From assembly GCF_009914755.1 (NCBI RefSeq), contig NC_060928.1: a stretch of 64,000 nt of DNA. One strand, given 5' to 3'. The notes under the pieces are model-generated. The model was not told the DNA's origin. It worked only from the letters and a program-made list of their open reading frames with translations, and ran no database searches. The stretch is from the human T2T-CHM13v2.0 reference genome, Homo sapiens. Both the position numbers and the translations under genes were made by a program. This document shows positions 15,373 to 30,242 of the stretch, in pieces (the stretch's first letter is position 1; the number at the start of each line of letters is the position of its first letter).

Positions 15373-16539
15373 AAAGTCTTCAAGCTAGTGTCTTAGTTTC
15401 TGGGTGCATTGTCTTCTAATAATTCATAAAATTGGGGCTCACCAGGACCTACTTTAGAAATTTCATTTGTATTTCTGTTTATGAATTTACTCATGTATTC
15501 AGTATATTTTCATTTACTTGCATTAAGCAATTTCTGGAACAGAAAGACATCCTCACAGCTTTTAGAGAAAGCAAGCAGCATCCAATTTTACCTTATGTGG
15601 TTATATATTGCCTCCAAGATAACCAAAAGATACAGCTGCTTTTGTACTGGTCTGTGTTCCTCATATAAGATTTATGTGGATAATTATGCCCCTCAGTACA
15701 GAAATTTTATTTCTATAGCATCCAAAAGTCATGTAAGCCTTATTTTACATATGAAATGTAGTTTGGGTGTCTGCCTCTTCCTCCTCATCCTACTGTTTAA
15801 GTTAAATAAATTGTTGTGCACTTGTCTCCCACGAATAACATTTCATTTCAAAACTAAATTATTTTATTGCCCCAGGCAACTGATATATCCGGTGGAATAA
15901 AAATCAGCTCTTAATTTTCAGAATCCCATTCTAGTCCCACATGACAGCTCATAAAACATTGGTAGAGAGGGCAGGCATGAAGTTTAAAGAAACCCAAAGT
16001 TGTAAGATGGAAGGTTACTGCACCCCAGCTAAAAAGAGCAGAAACACTGGAAGCCAATGGATTTTGACATCATCTCCCTCCCTCTCAACACTTCCACCCT
16101 GCATTTTTCTTTTCTGATATTCTCTCCATCTCTCAGCACCAGTGCCCTAAGTTAAAGTATCTCTTACTCCAAGATGGCATTTAGCCTAGCCAACAGCTGT
16201 CCTGTTAGCCCCAACAGAATGCTACAATTTTGTTTTCCTTTTTCGTAGATACTAATAAAAAAAAAAAAAGCGAGACCTAAACAAAAAGTACTAAATGTTT
16301 GTTGAGCATTGGAAAATTCCAGGACTTGGTGTAAGTATTCATCATTTATGCCATTCAAGTGGTAAATTAACTTTTTCAGGCCACTAGAATATGAAGTAGT
16401 ATAATTTAATATACTAAATAGGACAGATAAATTAATAACCTTCCTTGAGGGCTTTATTTACCACCATAAATAAAATAAGTACTCCCAAGAAAATCCAAAT
16501 TTTCTGACACTGGATATCCAATCTCTTCAATGTTAAGAG

Positions 16540-16670
16540 ACTTTTCCTGTCTTTTTTTGTTTGTTTCTTTTTTTTCCCCTCACTTTCTTTCTCTCTGTTC
16601 TTCCTCCTCTTCTTCCCTCTCCTTCTCCTTCTTCTTTTTCTCCCCCAGCCCCCAACCACCTCTCTCTCTC
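16540..16670. repeat. Polypyrimidine (CT-rich) low-complexity tract
   Basis: Almost pure C/T on the plus strand. Confidence 0.85.
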
Positions 16671-17565
16671 AAGTCATTTGCTTATGGGGCATGGTAAAGC
16701 TGGAATACAACCATTACATTTGGAAGAGTGGAAGGTAAGAATTGATTTTCCTGAGTCCTCAAACATGTAACTGAGTTGCGTCTCAGTGCTTTCATTTGCA
16801 AGCTGAGCTGTTACTAAGAGAAAAATAAACCAAAGTTACACCAGAGTCACAAGGTGAAACTTGTATTCCTAGTTAACCCCAAGGTAGGAATTGCTTGAGT
16901 GCTGTTCTTCCTGTGCCAGGTTTAGGCAGGTATAACCAGTCCTCCCAAATCTGGTATGAGGCTTAAGTAGATTCCTTTGGAGGGCCTTTAAGCATCAGCC
17001 TTTTTCTCTTCCCACACAGAACAGCCTGCAGCTGGGACCGTCCTCCCCGTCTTCTGGACAGGACAAAATAAACTTGTAGTTACATATAGGGCACAACACA
17101 TAAACAGACACACGCCATGATGGAAAGGAAAATTTTGGAATGCATTCCTTCTAGGCCAACATGTATTCTCCAAATGAAGGCTTTAAGGCATTCAGTAGTA
17201 TAGGAAAATTTCCTAATGACCATTAACTTTATTTAATAAGAGTGGGTGAATGAAAATGATGAAAGGCATTTTTAAAATTGTAATTTTTATAGTAATGATA
17301 AGCATCATGCATTGTAGATTATTAGTGGTACAGTTACACAGAGAGAACTTTCAAATATTTTATTTAAAACTACTGAATTGGTTTCTAAGAATGTATCAGT
17401 GAAAAATCACTGCTCAAAAGTTGTATTCAGGTAATTGTATTTTATAATCTAGTTGTTCTGAGGGAGGTAGTTATTTTTTTTCCTGCCTACTTTCTTGTAT
17501 CTTCCTCTTCAGTCTAGGGGATCCACTTTTTATATGTATTTCTCAATGTGTTTGATTTGTATCTC

Positions 17566-17875
17566 TTTTATTTTTATTTATTTTGTTTTTTGAGACAAAA
17601 TCTTGCTCTTGTCCCCCAGGCTGGAGTGCAATGGCGTGATCTCTGCTCACTGCAACCTCTGCCTCCGGGTTCAAGCAATTCTCCTGTCTCAGCCTCCCAA
17701 GTAGCTGGGGATTGCTGGCACCTGCCACCACACCCAGCTAATTTTTTGTGGTTTTTTTTAGTAGAGATGGGGTTTCACCATGTTGGCTAGACTGGTCTCG
17801 AACTCCTGACCTCAGGAGATCCACCTCGGCCTCCCAAAGTGCTGGGATTACAGGCGTGAGCAACCACGCCCGGCT
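17566..17875 (-). mobile_element. AluS
   Basis: Full-length Alu on the minus strand; degraded TSD around tatctcttt. Confidence 0.95.
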
Positions 17876-18419
17876 GACTTGCTATCTCTTTTAAATGGCA
17901 GCTTAACATATGTTATTAAACCTCAAAAATAATTGTCTCTGTGACATTATACCTGTTAGTTTCAGTTCACCATGATGATCTTTTTCTTTGGCCATATTGA
18001 AACATACTTCAAAAAGTAACTTCTGATTTTAAAAAATCTGGGCTTTTGTGCTGGCCCTAGTTGTAGGCTAAGTGAGAAAGCACCTATGTGGCCCTAGACA
18101 TCTCTTCCTAAAGTCCTTGCCACAGTGGCTTCATCTCTTCCTACTTGGTCCCAGACTTCCAGCAAGGTAGACACTCCTCTAGGTGGGACAACAGAGCTGG
18201 AATATTATGTACAATTGGTTTTGGAATCTGTTCAGTCTGTTCAATTTGGATCTGTGTCACCCAATGACTGAACCACAAACTACTTACCTCTCTGAACCTC
18301 AGTTTCCTCATTGATAAAATGTGATGGTAATGACTTGCACAGTTTTTATGATTCCCAATAATACATATCTTCAAGGAAAAAATCTGGTGTATTAGAAACT
18401 GTTCAGTGAATTATAGTTG

Positions 18420-18570
18420 ATAGTAGTAGGAGTAGGAGTACTAGTAGTAGTAGTATTGGTAGAGATGGGTGTCTCACTATGTGACTAGTCTCGAACTCCT
18501 GGCCTCAAGTAATCTTTCCTCCTCAGCCTCCCAAAATGCTAGTATTACAAGCATGAGCCACCATGTTCCA
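18420..18570 (-). mobile_element. FLAM / Alu left monomer with (TAG)n-type tail
   Basis: gtagagatggg...tcgaactcctggcctcaagt...atgagccacc monomer only. Confidence 0.8.
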
Positions 18571-18914
18571 CTGATAGTTGTTATGTCATTATAAAATTTT
18601 ACATGGTACATAGAGAGAACCAGTAGGAAAAGGCATCCTTACTAACCCTCTCTTACTAATAGTTGAAGTAGAGAAAGAAAGGCACAGAGCAAGGCTCTGC
18701 TGGGAAAGTAACACTGAGCTAAAATTCCATGGATTTGGGTACAATTTTGCCTCTTCATATGCCCTTACACCTCCCTTACACCTCTCTGACCACCTTCTCC
18801 ATCCTTTTTATTTCTCCTTCCTCCTTCAACTCTCTTTAGAGACCAAGATAGCACGTAACCCAGGATACAAAAACGTGTTGAATATAAACAAAGTACTGTG
18901 ATTTGAAGATTTAA

Positions 18915-19427
<513 letters not shown>

Positions 19428-20374
19428 TGACAGGAAAGAGTAAGAAATGAGAAGCAGCAAAGCTGGAGAAGAGAGGGAGGATGAGCTTAAAATAATTCTT
19501 CAAAAAATCTTTCATAGATGCAGAATGATATGTTAAAGGAGTTAAAAAAAAGGTGAAATCTACCTCTTGTATCATCTTCGTTTCTCATCCTTCCTTTGTT
19601 TTAAGGTGACATCAATATACATGTTATTAACCTCAAAATAATTTAATGGTCCTTATGATTCCCCCAAACAATTCAGTTATATCTTTAGTCTAACAATCCT
19701 TGGAATTTAAGATTTTTTCAGAGATAACTACATGTCTTCCTTTAATGATACATTTAAATTGCTTTTATATTTCTCATAGTGTAATTTTTTCGGAAATATT
19801 TCTTTAGCCCTATAATATATACCTGCCATCTGTCCATAAATACAGTATTTTTAAAACGCTAAAACTAATGTAAACTCTTCAGAAATGACTTAGCAGAAAA
19901 TATGATATCATGCTTACAAAATATTCTGAAGTTACTGTCCTTTGTCTTTAAGGTATATTGAAAGTTCTTATTATTGTCCCTATGAATCTCTGTAAGATAC
20001 TTTTAATAATTTTGTCCCCAGCATTACCACCTAATAATGGTCCACATAACTAGTTAGTTTTGAGATCCAAGGAGTATAATCCACAAATGCAAACAAGTTT
20101 AAACCTTAGAAAATAAAACCAGCATTACTCTCTAAATTTACTATGTTTAGGCTTTTGGGAGATAAGAAAAACTAGTATCCGTTTAATTTAATAAGAATTA
20201 ATTATCTACATTTGTATAATACTTTCCCATATATTAACGATTTGAATTTAAAGTAGCTGCTGAGATAGGCAGGCAGTATTATTATTCTCATCTTAATGAG
20301 AGGAAATAGATGTCTGCATAGTCAAGTGATTGGTCCAACTTTCAAAGTAACTCCTAGAATCAAGGTCTAAAGGC

Positions 20375-20756
20375 AGTAAGGCTCAAGCTATCATAACGAA
20401 ATGCCATAGACTGGGTGGCATAAACAACAAAAATTTATCTTCTCACAGTTCTAGAAGCTAGGAAGTATGAGATCCGGTGATTCAGTCCTAGTGAGGTCTC
20501 TTTTCCTGGCTTGCAGATGGCCACCTTCTCACTGTGAGCTCACATGGCCTTTTTTCATCATGTTCACATGAAGAGAGATAGGGAGATCTCGCTTTTTCTC
20601 TTCTTATGAGGCCACCAATCCTATCAGGTTGGGACTCCATTATTATGACGTCATTTAACCTTAATTACCTCCTAAAAATCCTATATCCAAGTCACCCTGG
20701 GGGTTAGGGCTTCAATGTATAAATTTTGAGGGAATACAAACATTCAGTTCATAACA
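20375..20756 (-). mobile_element. MaLR solo LTR (MLT1A-like)
   Basis: ccatagactgggtggc...ctcacagttctagaagct...acattcagttcataaca. Confidence 0.85.
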
Positions 20757-20799
20757 TAGAGTTGGGTTTGGGAATTAGACAGGCTTAGCTCTGCCACTG

Positions 20800-21610
20800 T
20801 TTTCTTTTTAATAAAGCTTTTTATGTTTAAAACGTTTAGATTCAAAGAGAAATTCAAAAATGTTACAGAGAGTTTCTGTACATCTTGCATGTAGTTTCTC
20901 CTATTGTTAATAGCTTACCTTAGTAAGGTTCATTTGTTGAAACTAAGGAACAAACATTAGTGCATTGCTATTAACTAAAGTCCATATTTTACTTACATTT
21001 TCTTTGTTTTTGTCTAATTTTTTTTTTTATGTTCCAGTGTCCCATCCTGGATACCACATTACCTTTAGTCGTCATTTGTCCTAAGGATCCTTTTGGCTGT
21101 GACAGTTTTTCAGACTTTGTTTTTGCTGGCCTTGAAAGTTTCAAAGAGTACTCATCAGGTATGTCATAGCATGTTCTACAATTGTGTCTTTTCTGAGGTT
21201 TTTCTCATGGTTAGGTTTTTCTGGTTTGGTGGAAGAAGACCACAATGATAAAATATCATTTCTACTGATTTTATGAAGGGTGAATAATGTCAACATGATA
21301 ACTATTCTTGATATTGACCTTGGTCACCTGGTTGAGTTCATTTTGTCAGGTTTCTCCATAGTAAGTAATTCTTTACCTCCTCCTACTCCCCATACTGTAT
21401 TCTGGAGGGAAATCACTAAGTCCAGCCCATACTTACTGGTGGAGAGTTATGCTCCACCTTTCTGAGGGAGGAGTATCAACATAAATTATTTAGCATTTTT
21501 TGCAAAGATTTTTCTATTCTCTTATATTTATTTATTCAATCATTCATTTATATTGTTATGAATTAATGGAATTATTTTATATTTGCCCTATAATCCAAAA
21601 CAACTTGGAT
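20800..21610 (-). mobile_element. Old L1M (L1MC/MD-like) 3' region
   Basis: Divergent similarity to an L1M 3' UTR. Confidence 0.65.
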
Positions 21611-21731
21611 CTCTGTTACCACCTGCTGAATGCACGTTTTAATAGAGTATGAGTTATTTTTCCTTTGCTCTTCATTGCAGTCATGTATGGAATACAGGTT
21701 ACATTGGAGGAAAACATGCAACTCGATCTAT

Positions 21732-23211
21732 TGTATTTGTTAAAGTAAGCTAAGACAGGACATAGGCTCTGGTAAAGATTTTATTACAACAAAAACACAA
21801 ATTGACAAATTGGACCTAATTGAACTACAGAGCTTCTGCACAACAAAAGCAACAACCAACAGAGTAAATAGACAATCTACAGAATGGGAGAAAATATTTG
21901 CAAACTGTGCATTCAACAAATATCTAATGTATAGAATCTATAAGGAGCTTAAACAAATTAACAAGCAAAAAACCAACAACTCATTAAAAAGTGGGCGAAG
22001 CACATGAACAGATACTTTTCAAGAGAAGACTTACAAGCAGCCAACAAGCATATAAAAAGATGCTCAATGTCACTAGTAGTTACAGAAATGCAAATCACAA
22101 TGAGATACCATCTTACACCAGTCATAATTGCTGTTATTAAAAGGTCAAAAAAATAACAGATGCCTGCAAGTTTGCGGAGAAAAGGGAACACATACACTGC
22201 TGGTGGGAATGTAAATTAGTTCAGTCATCGTGGAAAGCAGCTTGGAGATTTCTCAAAGAACTTAAAAGAGAAATACCACTTGACCCAGCAATCCCTTTAC
22301 CGAGTGTATACCCAGAAGAATGTAAATCATTCTGCCATAAAGACACATGCACATGTGTGTTCATTGCAGCACTATTCACAATAGCAAAGACATGGAATCA
22401 ACTAAATGTCCATTAATGGTAGACTGGATAAAGAAAATGTGGTACATGTACACCATAGAATACCACACAGCCATAGTAAAGAATGAGATTGTGTCCTTTG
22501 CAGCAACATGATGGAGCTGGAAGTCATTCACCTAAGCAAACTAACACAGAAACAGAAAACCAAATCCTGCATGTTGTCACTTATAAGTGGGAGCTAAACA
22601 TTGAGTACACATAGACACAAAGAAGAGAACAATAGACATCAGGGCCTAATTGAGGGTGGAAGGTGGGAGGAGGGTGAGGATCAATAAACTACATATTGGA
22701 AATTATGCTTACTACCTGGGTGATGAAATGATCTGTACTCCAAACCCCCATGACATGCAATCTACCTACATAACAAACCTGCATATGTACTCCTGAACTT
22801 AAAATAAAAGTTTAAAAATTTTTTAATTAAAAAAGCAAGCTAAGACATGATGACACATAAATTTCAGAATTCAATGGCTTAAAGAACAATGTTTATTACT
22901 TTTTTATGTAACTGCTTAGGGTGGGGATAACAGGAACTACAAAGCCATTTAAAGACCTAGAGTGATGGAGGCTATACCATCTTCACATTTGTCTCCCAGT
23001 AAAATGTCTCCAATGTTTAAATGGAGGGGAGAGCATGTACTGAATAATTGTATGGGCCAGGCCTGAAAGTAGTATATACCTTGTATGTTCACATTCCATT
23101 GACTAGAACTCAGTCACACAGCCATAACTCTTCAGGGAGCCTGGAAAATACAGCCCAGTTGTACCAGGAAAAAAGGGAGAATGGATTTTGGTGGACATGC
23201 AGTCTGCCACA
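21732..23211 (-). mobile_element. Old MaLR LTR (MLT1-type) split by the L1 above
   Basis: TG...CA ends; tcaatggcttaaagaacaa...cacattccattgactagaactcagtcac...gtctgccaca. Confidence 0.55.
21758..22831 (+). mobile_element. 5'-truncated old L1PA 3' portion (~1.1 kb)
   Basis: ORF2 C-terminal remnant ([12 protein letters not shown]...), 3' UTR and AATAAA; TSD aaag(t/c)aagctaagaca at 21742-21757 and 22832-22847. Confidence 0.92.
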
Positions 23212-23488
23212 ACTAGTAAATGAAATGAAGAAGTGTGTAAATACAAACTTGCAGAATAACATCATTGACATGGTTTTAAAAATGTCATCTACCACCAGAG
23301 ATAACGATGCTGTTGCTAGTGTTGGTTCTAGGCTGAAATTTTAATCAGATAATGTGTAGGGAAATGCTTTGGAGGCTGTAAAGTTGTAAACAAGTGTGAA
23401 GTGTTATAATTACTTCTCATTTTAGCTTCATGCATTGAAAAAAAATACATATTGAAAATGTGTTAGCCCCAACAATCATAACTAACTT

Positions 23489-23992
23489 AGAATTTGTTCA
23501 TTCTAAGATGCACACTTTTTGATGCTTTATCATCATTGACATCAGGACGCATCTCTCCATGTTGTCACGCAGCAGTTACAATAAAGTTGTTATTCCTTCA
23601 GCATATTCTCAAAGGCTTAACAAATAATCCTGTAGACCAAAATGGAACACCCTTTTAAGTAATGCTATATCACCAATACCTTTAAAAGCATGAAAAAAAT
23701 TGTGTGGAATAACAAAAATAGCAATAATTCAAAGTTAAAACTAGTTAGGAAAAGTAAGACTTCGTATTTAACATTTGCCTATTTATTTCTTTTTATGCAT
23801 ACATAATACCAGTATATAATAATCTATGTATAAATCTAAAATATTTCTTTCAATTAGGATAAAATTAAAATTCCAAGTAATAAGAAAATATTTGTCATTG
23901 TTTAATTTTTAATTAAAAAATTGTTTCCTTAACGTCCATAAAGTAATGATACATCATATAAACAATAGTATTTTATATCAGACAAAGTATGG
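23489..23992. mobile_element. Mariner-family MITE (MARNA-like)
   Basis: Left end ...ttctaagatgcacacttttt...catcaggacgcatct and right end ...caaagtatgg resemble the recalled MARNA termini. Confidence 0.5.
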
Positions 23993-26129
23993 CATTTGGC
24001 GCTCAAAATTATAAACTCCTTGACATTCTCTAGTCTGGACTGGCACGCTTGGCAGAGCTGGCTGATGCCTCAGCTATGTTATTTCAACCACAACACAAGC
24101 CATGGCCCAAAATATATGCTCAAATCCCCTTCTTTGGTTTGCTAAAATTCTCACTAAAATTATTTTCTCCCTTAAGTATATTTCCTAGAGAAGCTCATAA
24201 AAAATGTAAAGTTGTTATCCAAGAGAGCTAACTCATTAAGACATTAACATCCTTTAAATAGTAGATGAACTAATTTAGTATAAGAGATAGGCAGTCACTT
24301 AGTGAGATATGACAGGAAATTTCTGTCTGCTGCATAAAGTATCATTAAAGACTACAGGCTGGGAAATCAAACTCAAAGCTGGGTCAGCTTACTATAGGCA
24401 AATGTGCTGAGTAGGAAGAAAGGGAAAAAAAATCACAGCAAAAGGCAAAGGAGGGAAAACCGAGACAATTTTTGCTTACCCTCCATTTTGTTTATACTCC
24501 ACTTTGGCCTTCATTATAGTATTTCTTTCTGCTCCTCTATTCTTGCAGAAAGATCTGTAGAATTTCATTAGAAATACAAATCTCAGTGATATAACACTGG
24601 CCTGAGGACCTGGGTAGAAGTGAACCTCAAGAAAGCAAACCCTGCCTTTCCTCTCTGCCTCATATTTATGAAGGTAAAATCTGATTAGCATTGCAATTGT
24701 GCTTATATCTTCTACTAAATAATTTCACAAAGCACCTCTATGGAAATAATATACAAAAAATCTATTTCTATATTTTCTTATTTAATTTTCATCATAACCC
24801 TGTGAAATGTTATTTCTCCGATTTTCAAGAGGAAAAACTAAGGCTAAAGTAAGTTAAATTATTTGCTTGAGGACACATAGAGAGTACATGATACAACTTG
24901 GTCTCACTCTCAGATCCTGTGATTTAGAACTGTAGAATTTTCTAACACAAGGCCAGATTTCTCTTTTGGGATGTTAAGCAGCGCAGGTAAAATAAAATTG
25001 TAGGGGAGGTATTATAGGTAACCACATACATGCAATAACCAGTTCTCCATTCTGGAAGGTGGTGACACATATTGTGACAATGGAATCCTCCAGGCCCATG
25101 ATATGTTTTTCTTGCTCACCTGAGCCTGAGTGCAGGAGGTCTACACTGGTGGTATGGCATCCTACCACTGCAATCATGATAGAAAAACATTTAAGCTTCT
25201 TAGAAATCTTAGAACAGCTTTACAGACTACAACAAAAAGGGTAGGACTCTACAAAACTGGATGCATCTGGGCTTGGGGTGTTCTAAATCAAGAAAACTAA
25301 AATCTAGAGAACCTACCAAGAATAATCGCAATGACTGATTCTTCTTCCATTAAGAACCAACATTTCTGAAAAACCTATAAAAAATTAGAAATTTTATTAT
25401 CCATCCCAGCTTCTAGATTCATTATCAAGAAAAAGAAGAGTACTTTGAACACATAGATGTAGAAGTAAAACACTAAGTGTCACTAAACTCCTGTTCACCT
25501 GAATTGTCAGAACAATTAGTTCATCATTTCATTATTCTATTTGGCAAATTTTCCTGGAGAACCTACAATCAGCCAAGCAGAGTGACACTAAAGAATGTCA
25601 TACCTGCCCCTGGTGCCTTTCCTCTAGGTCACATCCTGATCCTGTTCTCTGTATTTTATCAGGTTTTGAGAGGAGGTAAGAAGACAAAGCCCAAGGACAA
25701 GAGAGCCACATTCCCTAGACATAGGGCAAAGCTAGACTATCCTGTCTGCCTCATTTATCCCATATCATATTCCGGTTCTGTAATGCCTCCGAGCCCTCTC
25801 CAAGCAAATACACAGTACTATGAAGAAAATGTTGCCCTATTTGCTTCTCCAAACATTGCCCTATTTGCTCCTCCTCTTAGCACAGTGGCCCAATTGTGGA
25901 TCTGTGAGGATTCCATTACATCCTTGACTCATGTTAACATTCCTCCTTTGGAATGATGTAAGAAAGAATGCACAGAGCACCCCCTAGAGAGTAATGTAAG
26001 TGACCAACAATTGATTCATAAGCATTATCATAAATCCCATGAGGAAAAAAATAATTGGGAGGAGTTTTTAGAAAATACTACTTTATATGTGCTAATATCA
26101 CAAGAAAAGTAAGTTAAAAAGTTAAACAA

Positions 26130-26385
26130 GGAGAACAGTATAATCTTAAAATTTAAATCTTAAGTAAAGATACAGCCTTGGTTCAAAACTTAGCATTGTT
26201 TTTTGCCAGCTATGTGACCTTGAGCAAATTACTTAGCTTTATCCAACCCAAATTTTCACATCTCTAAATTGAAAATTATAACAGAACTACTCATAGGGTT
26301 CTTGTAAGATTGAAATGGGAAATTAAAGGCTTGTAGCATGGTGCCTGGTACATAACAAATATTCACTATTCATTATTATAATTAT
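26130..26385 (+). mobile_element. MIR
   Basis: ccagctatgtgaccttgagcaaattactta...gcatggtgcctggtacata. Confidence 0.75.
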
Positions 26386-26979
26386 GCACAAGATAGCCTC
26401 AAAGTTATCCCAAGATTTGGTGCAATTGTAGCAATCACTGGAAGAGTATATTAGAAAGAAGCAGCCTTGTTAGAAGATGTAGAGATTTACACCTGTATGA
26501 GACTCTCAGGTCCTGAAAGCAGACCTTATGAAGTACAGTGGAAAGTATCAGGGTGAAGATAAAAAAAAAGTGGGGCTGGAAGAGATGGTGAGGGATAGAA
26601 ATCAGAAGTAACACTGTTGTGAAAATATCTTGCAAATTACTGGCCAGATAAAAAATAGTTTCCTAACCTATATAATGGCAAAATCATTAGAAAGAAAAGA
26701 TTTTCTTTCTACTTTTGCCCCTATTCCAGCTCATCAAATATATACTGAATATCTACCTTGTACTAGGCTTTATATTAGGAAGTGCTGTTATTACTCAAAT
26801 GAAAACATCATCTATGAGGGCCCTCTGCCTGTAGCATCTTTCACTAGACTGTAGACACACTTATTCTGAACAAACTGGATGCTCCTGCCCACCTAGCTAT
26901 TCCATAGAAGGTCACCTTAACAGGTAGGGAAGGAATTCCTTCAGTTAAGAGTATGTGAGTGCCTTATTCCTCTGCTAGT

Positions 26980-27175
26980 ATAATAACAACAATGAACGCT
27001 TACTGTGTACCAGGCACTGTTCTAAACACTTTATGTACATTAACTTTTTTAAATGTTCACCACATATATTGTGAATTATATACTATTGTTATCCTCATTT
27101 CACCATTGAGAAAAACTAAAACAGAAGTTGAATAACTCGCCCAAGATCACGTGGGTAAAATGTGGCAGAGCTTTG
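26980..27175 (-). mobile_element. MIR
   Basis: cttactgtgtaccaggcactgttctaa...aataactcgcccaagatcac...gtggcagagc. Confidence 0.75.
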
Positions 27176-28209
27176 CTATATGTGCTACATACGTGCAAAT
27201 TCTGAACTCTGAACACACACTTCAAATCCAATGACCTAGTAGTAAATCACTGACTCTGACTTTGAAGACCTCAAATAATAGTGTGGGGTGAGGTCAGCCT
27301 TCTGACCACCTGCTGAAAGCCGCATTTGGGAACAACAGTGTATCTAATGAATTCTTCACTTTCCTTTCTGAAAAATCATATCTCTTCACAATATAGAGGA
27401 GGAGATGGGACAATTATTGCTTTGGTTGTAATTGAAACTCACAGGAGGAATTGGTTATACAGTTAAGGCAAAATAAATTATAGAAGAAAAATGACTATGC
27501 AACCCTAGAATTAGTGATGGCCACACAGGGGAAAGCTGGAGTCCACTCTGCAACTTCAGTTGAAAGAAGGCAGACTTGCAAAAGCATATCAGGGAAAACA
27601 GGCATGTTAAAATAATAGGACACAAGAAGCTAAAAGAGGTGAATGAATGTTTCAAGAGTTAAAAGTGCTCAAGAAAACATGATTCGAATTATGTAATTAT
27701 TAACAATTTCAGTTAAAGGCAGTCACAGACCTCTTAAAATAGCATCAAAAGGGGCTGAGGTGTGTGAAAATGATTCAGGACCACAGAAAGGTTACCCTAA
27801 TTATGTTTATAATGAAAATATCAAAAAAAAGGCCTAGCACTCCTGTTCTATGCCAATGGTGCAACATACACGAATCACATACATTTTTAAATTTTTCACC
27901 TGTATTGTGATTTTATTTTTTCTACCAAGGAGAACAAAAGGAGCAGGAAAAAAACACCTGAAGTAGTATGAAAACTCAAGATGCGTGTAGAGATTTTAAA
28001 ATTGCTCTCAACTCCCTTAATGAATTTGAGTATTTTTTATTCCTATGGATCACATTCCAAAGACAGTGGGGAAGGGGGGTGCTGGTGAGAAGCTCTTGGT
28101 AATCTCTGTGAAATCAGTTCCAAAAGACTGAAGAAAAGAAATATATTTTTAGTGATCCCAAAAGGGAAGAACATGTATTTATAAATGATAGGTTGCTAAA
28201 CTTAACCAG

Positions 28210-28620
28210 ACTGGGGTGGGTTCTTGCCTCTGTTTCACAAGTGACAGATCTTTCTGGGTTGTTTAGCCTTAAGCAGAGAGGACAGGGCAAGGAGGGAGGG
28301 AAAGTGGCTTGCATGACAGATGTCTTCAAATATTTGAAGAGTTGTCATGTGGAGAATGAATTATATTCATAACTGCTGAGTCCCAGTGGTTATAACAAGG
28401 ACCTAGCGCTTAGAGGCAGATGAGTTTGGATTCAATATAAGAAAGTCTGTCTAAAATTTTAATGAGAAAATAGACTCCCTTGGGAAATAGTAAGTTCCCT
28501 GGCACTGGAAGTGCACATGCTGTGTATTGTAAAGGAAACTAAAATAATTTCATCTCCCTCCTAAACTGGACATTAGGATGCTCCAAGACTATAGGACCTC
28601 AAACAGTCTTTTCAGCCCTA
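28210..28620 (+). mobile_element. L3/CR1 fragment
   Basis: gtcttcaaatatttgaagagttgtcatgtggag...tcaatataagaaag resembles the CR1/L3 3' region. Confidence 0.55.
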
Positions 28621-28739
28621 AAATGCTAATGCAAGTCAAGATTTCTTCCTTCAACATAGTTTTAAACTGACCAAATGGTCATTAATAAATTATTTCTGCT
28701 TAAATATCCCATGAAACCAGCCACTGAAAAAATAATTTT

Positions 28740-28905
28740 GGGGACTGGGGGGATGGATGATGAGAAATTACTTAATGGGTATAATGTACATTATTCAGGT
28801 GATGGATATACTAAAAGCCCAGACTTAACCAGTATACCATATAACCATGTAACAAAATTGCACCTGAACACCTTAAACTTATACAAATTTTAAAAATAAA
28901 GCAAA
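28740..28905 (+). mobile_element. L1PB/L1MA 3' end
   Basis: gatgagaaattacttaatgggtataatgtacattattcaggtgatgg...catgtaacaaaattgcac...aataaa. Confidence 0.8.
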
Positions 28906-29130
28906 ATAATAATAATTTTAAAAATTCATTAACATACTAATGGCTGAGAATTTCCTATGTTCTAAACTATTCTCTAATTGCAACTTTATTTAAAACTAGT
29001 ACTTTTGATTTATGGTCTGTAATATTCTGTAATATTCATACGCTCATCTGCTCCTAAAGAAATATAAAATAAATTCTAAAGTGTTTTTATTACAAATTGT
29101 GGTCTATTGGTCTCATAAAGGACACAATTT

Positions 29131-30242
<1,112 letters not shown>

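Noticed and set aside
16432-16659. Lys/Arg-rich basic ORF
   Set aside because: Translation of a CT-rich low-complexity tract.
25477-25956. 159-aa ORF in apparently unique sequence
   Set aside because: Non-ATG start, no recognisable homology or exon structure; length is compatible with chance in 64 kb.
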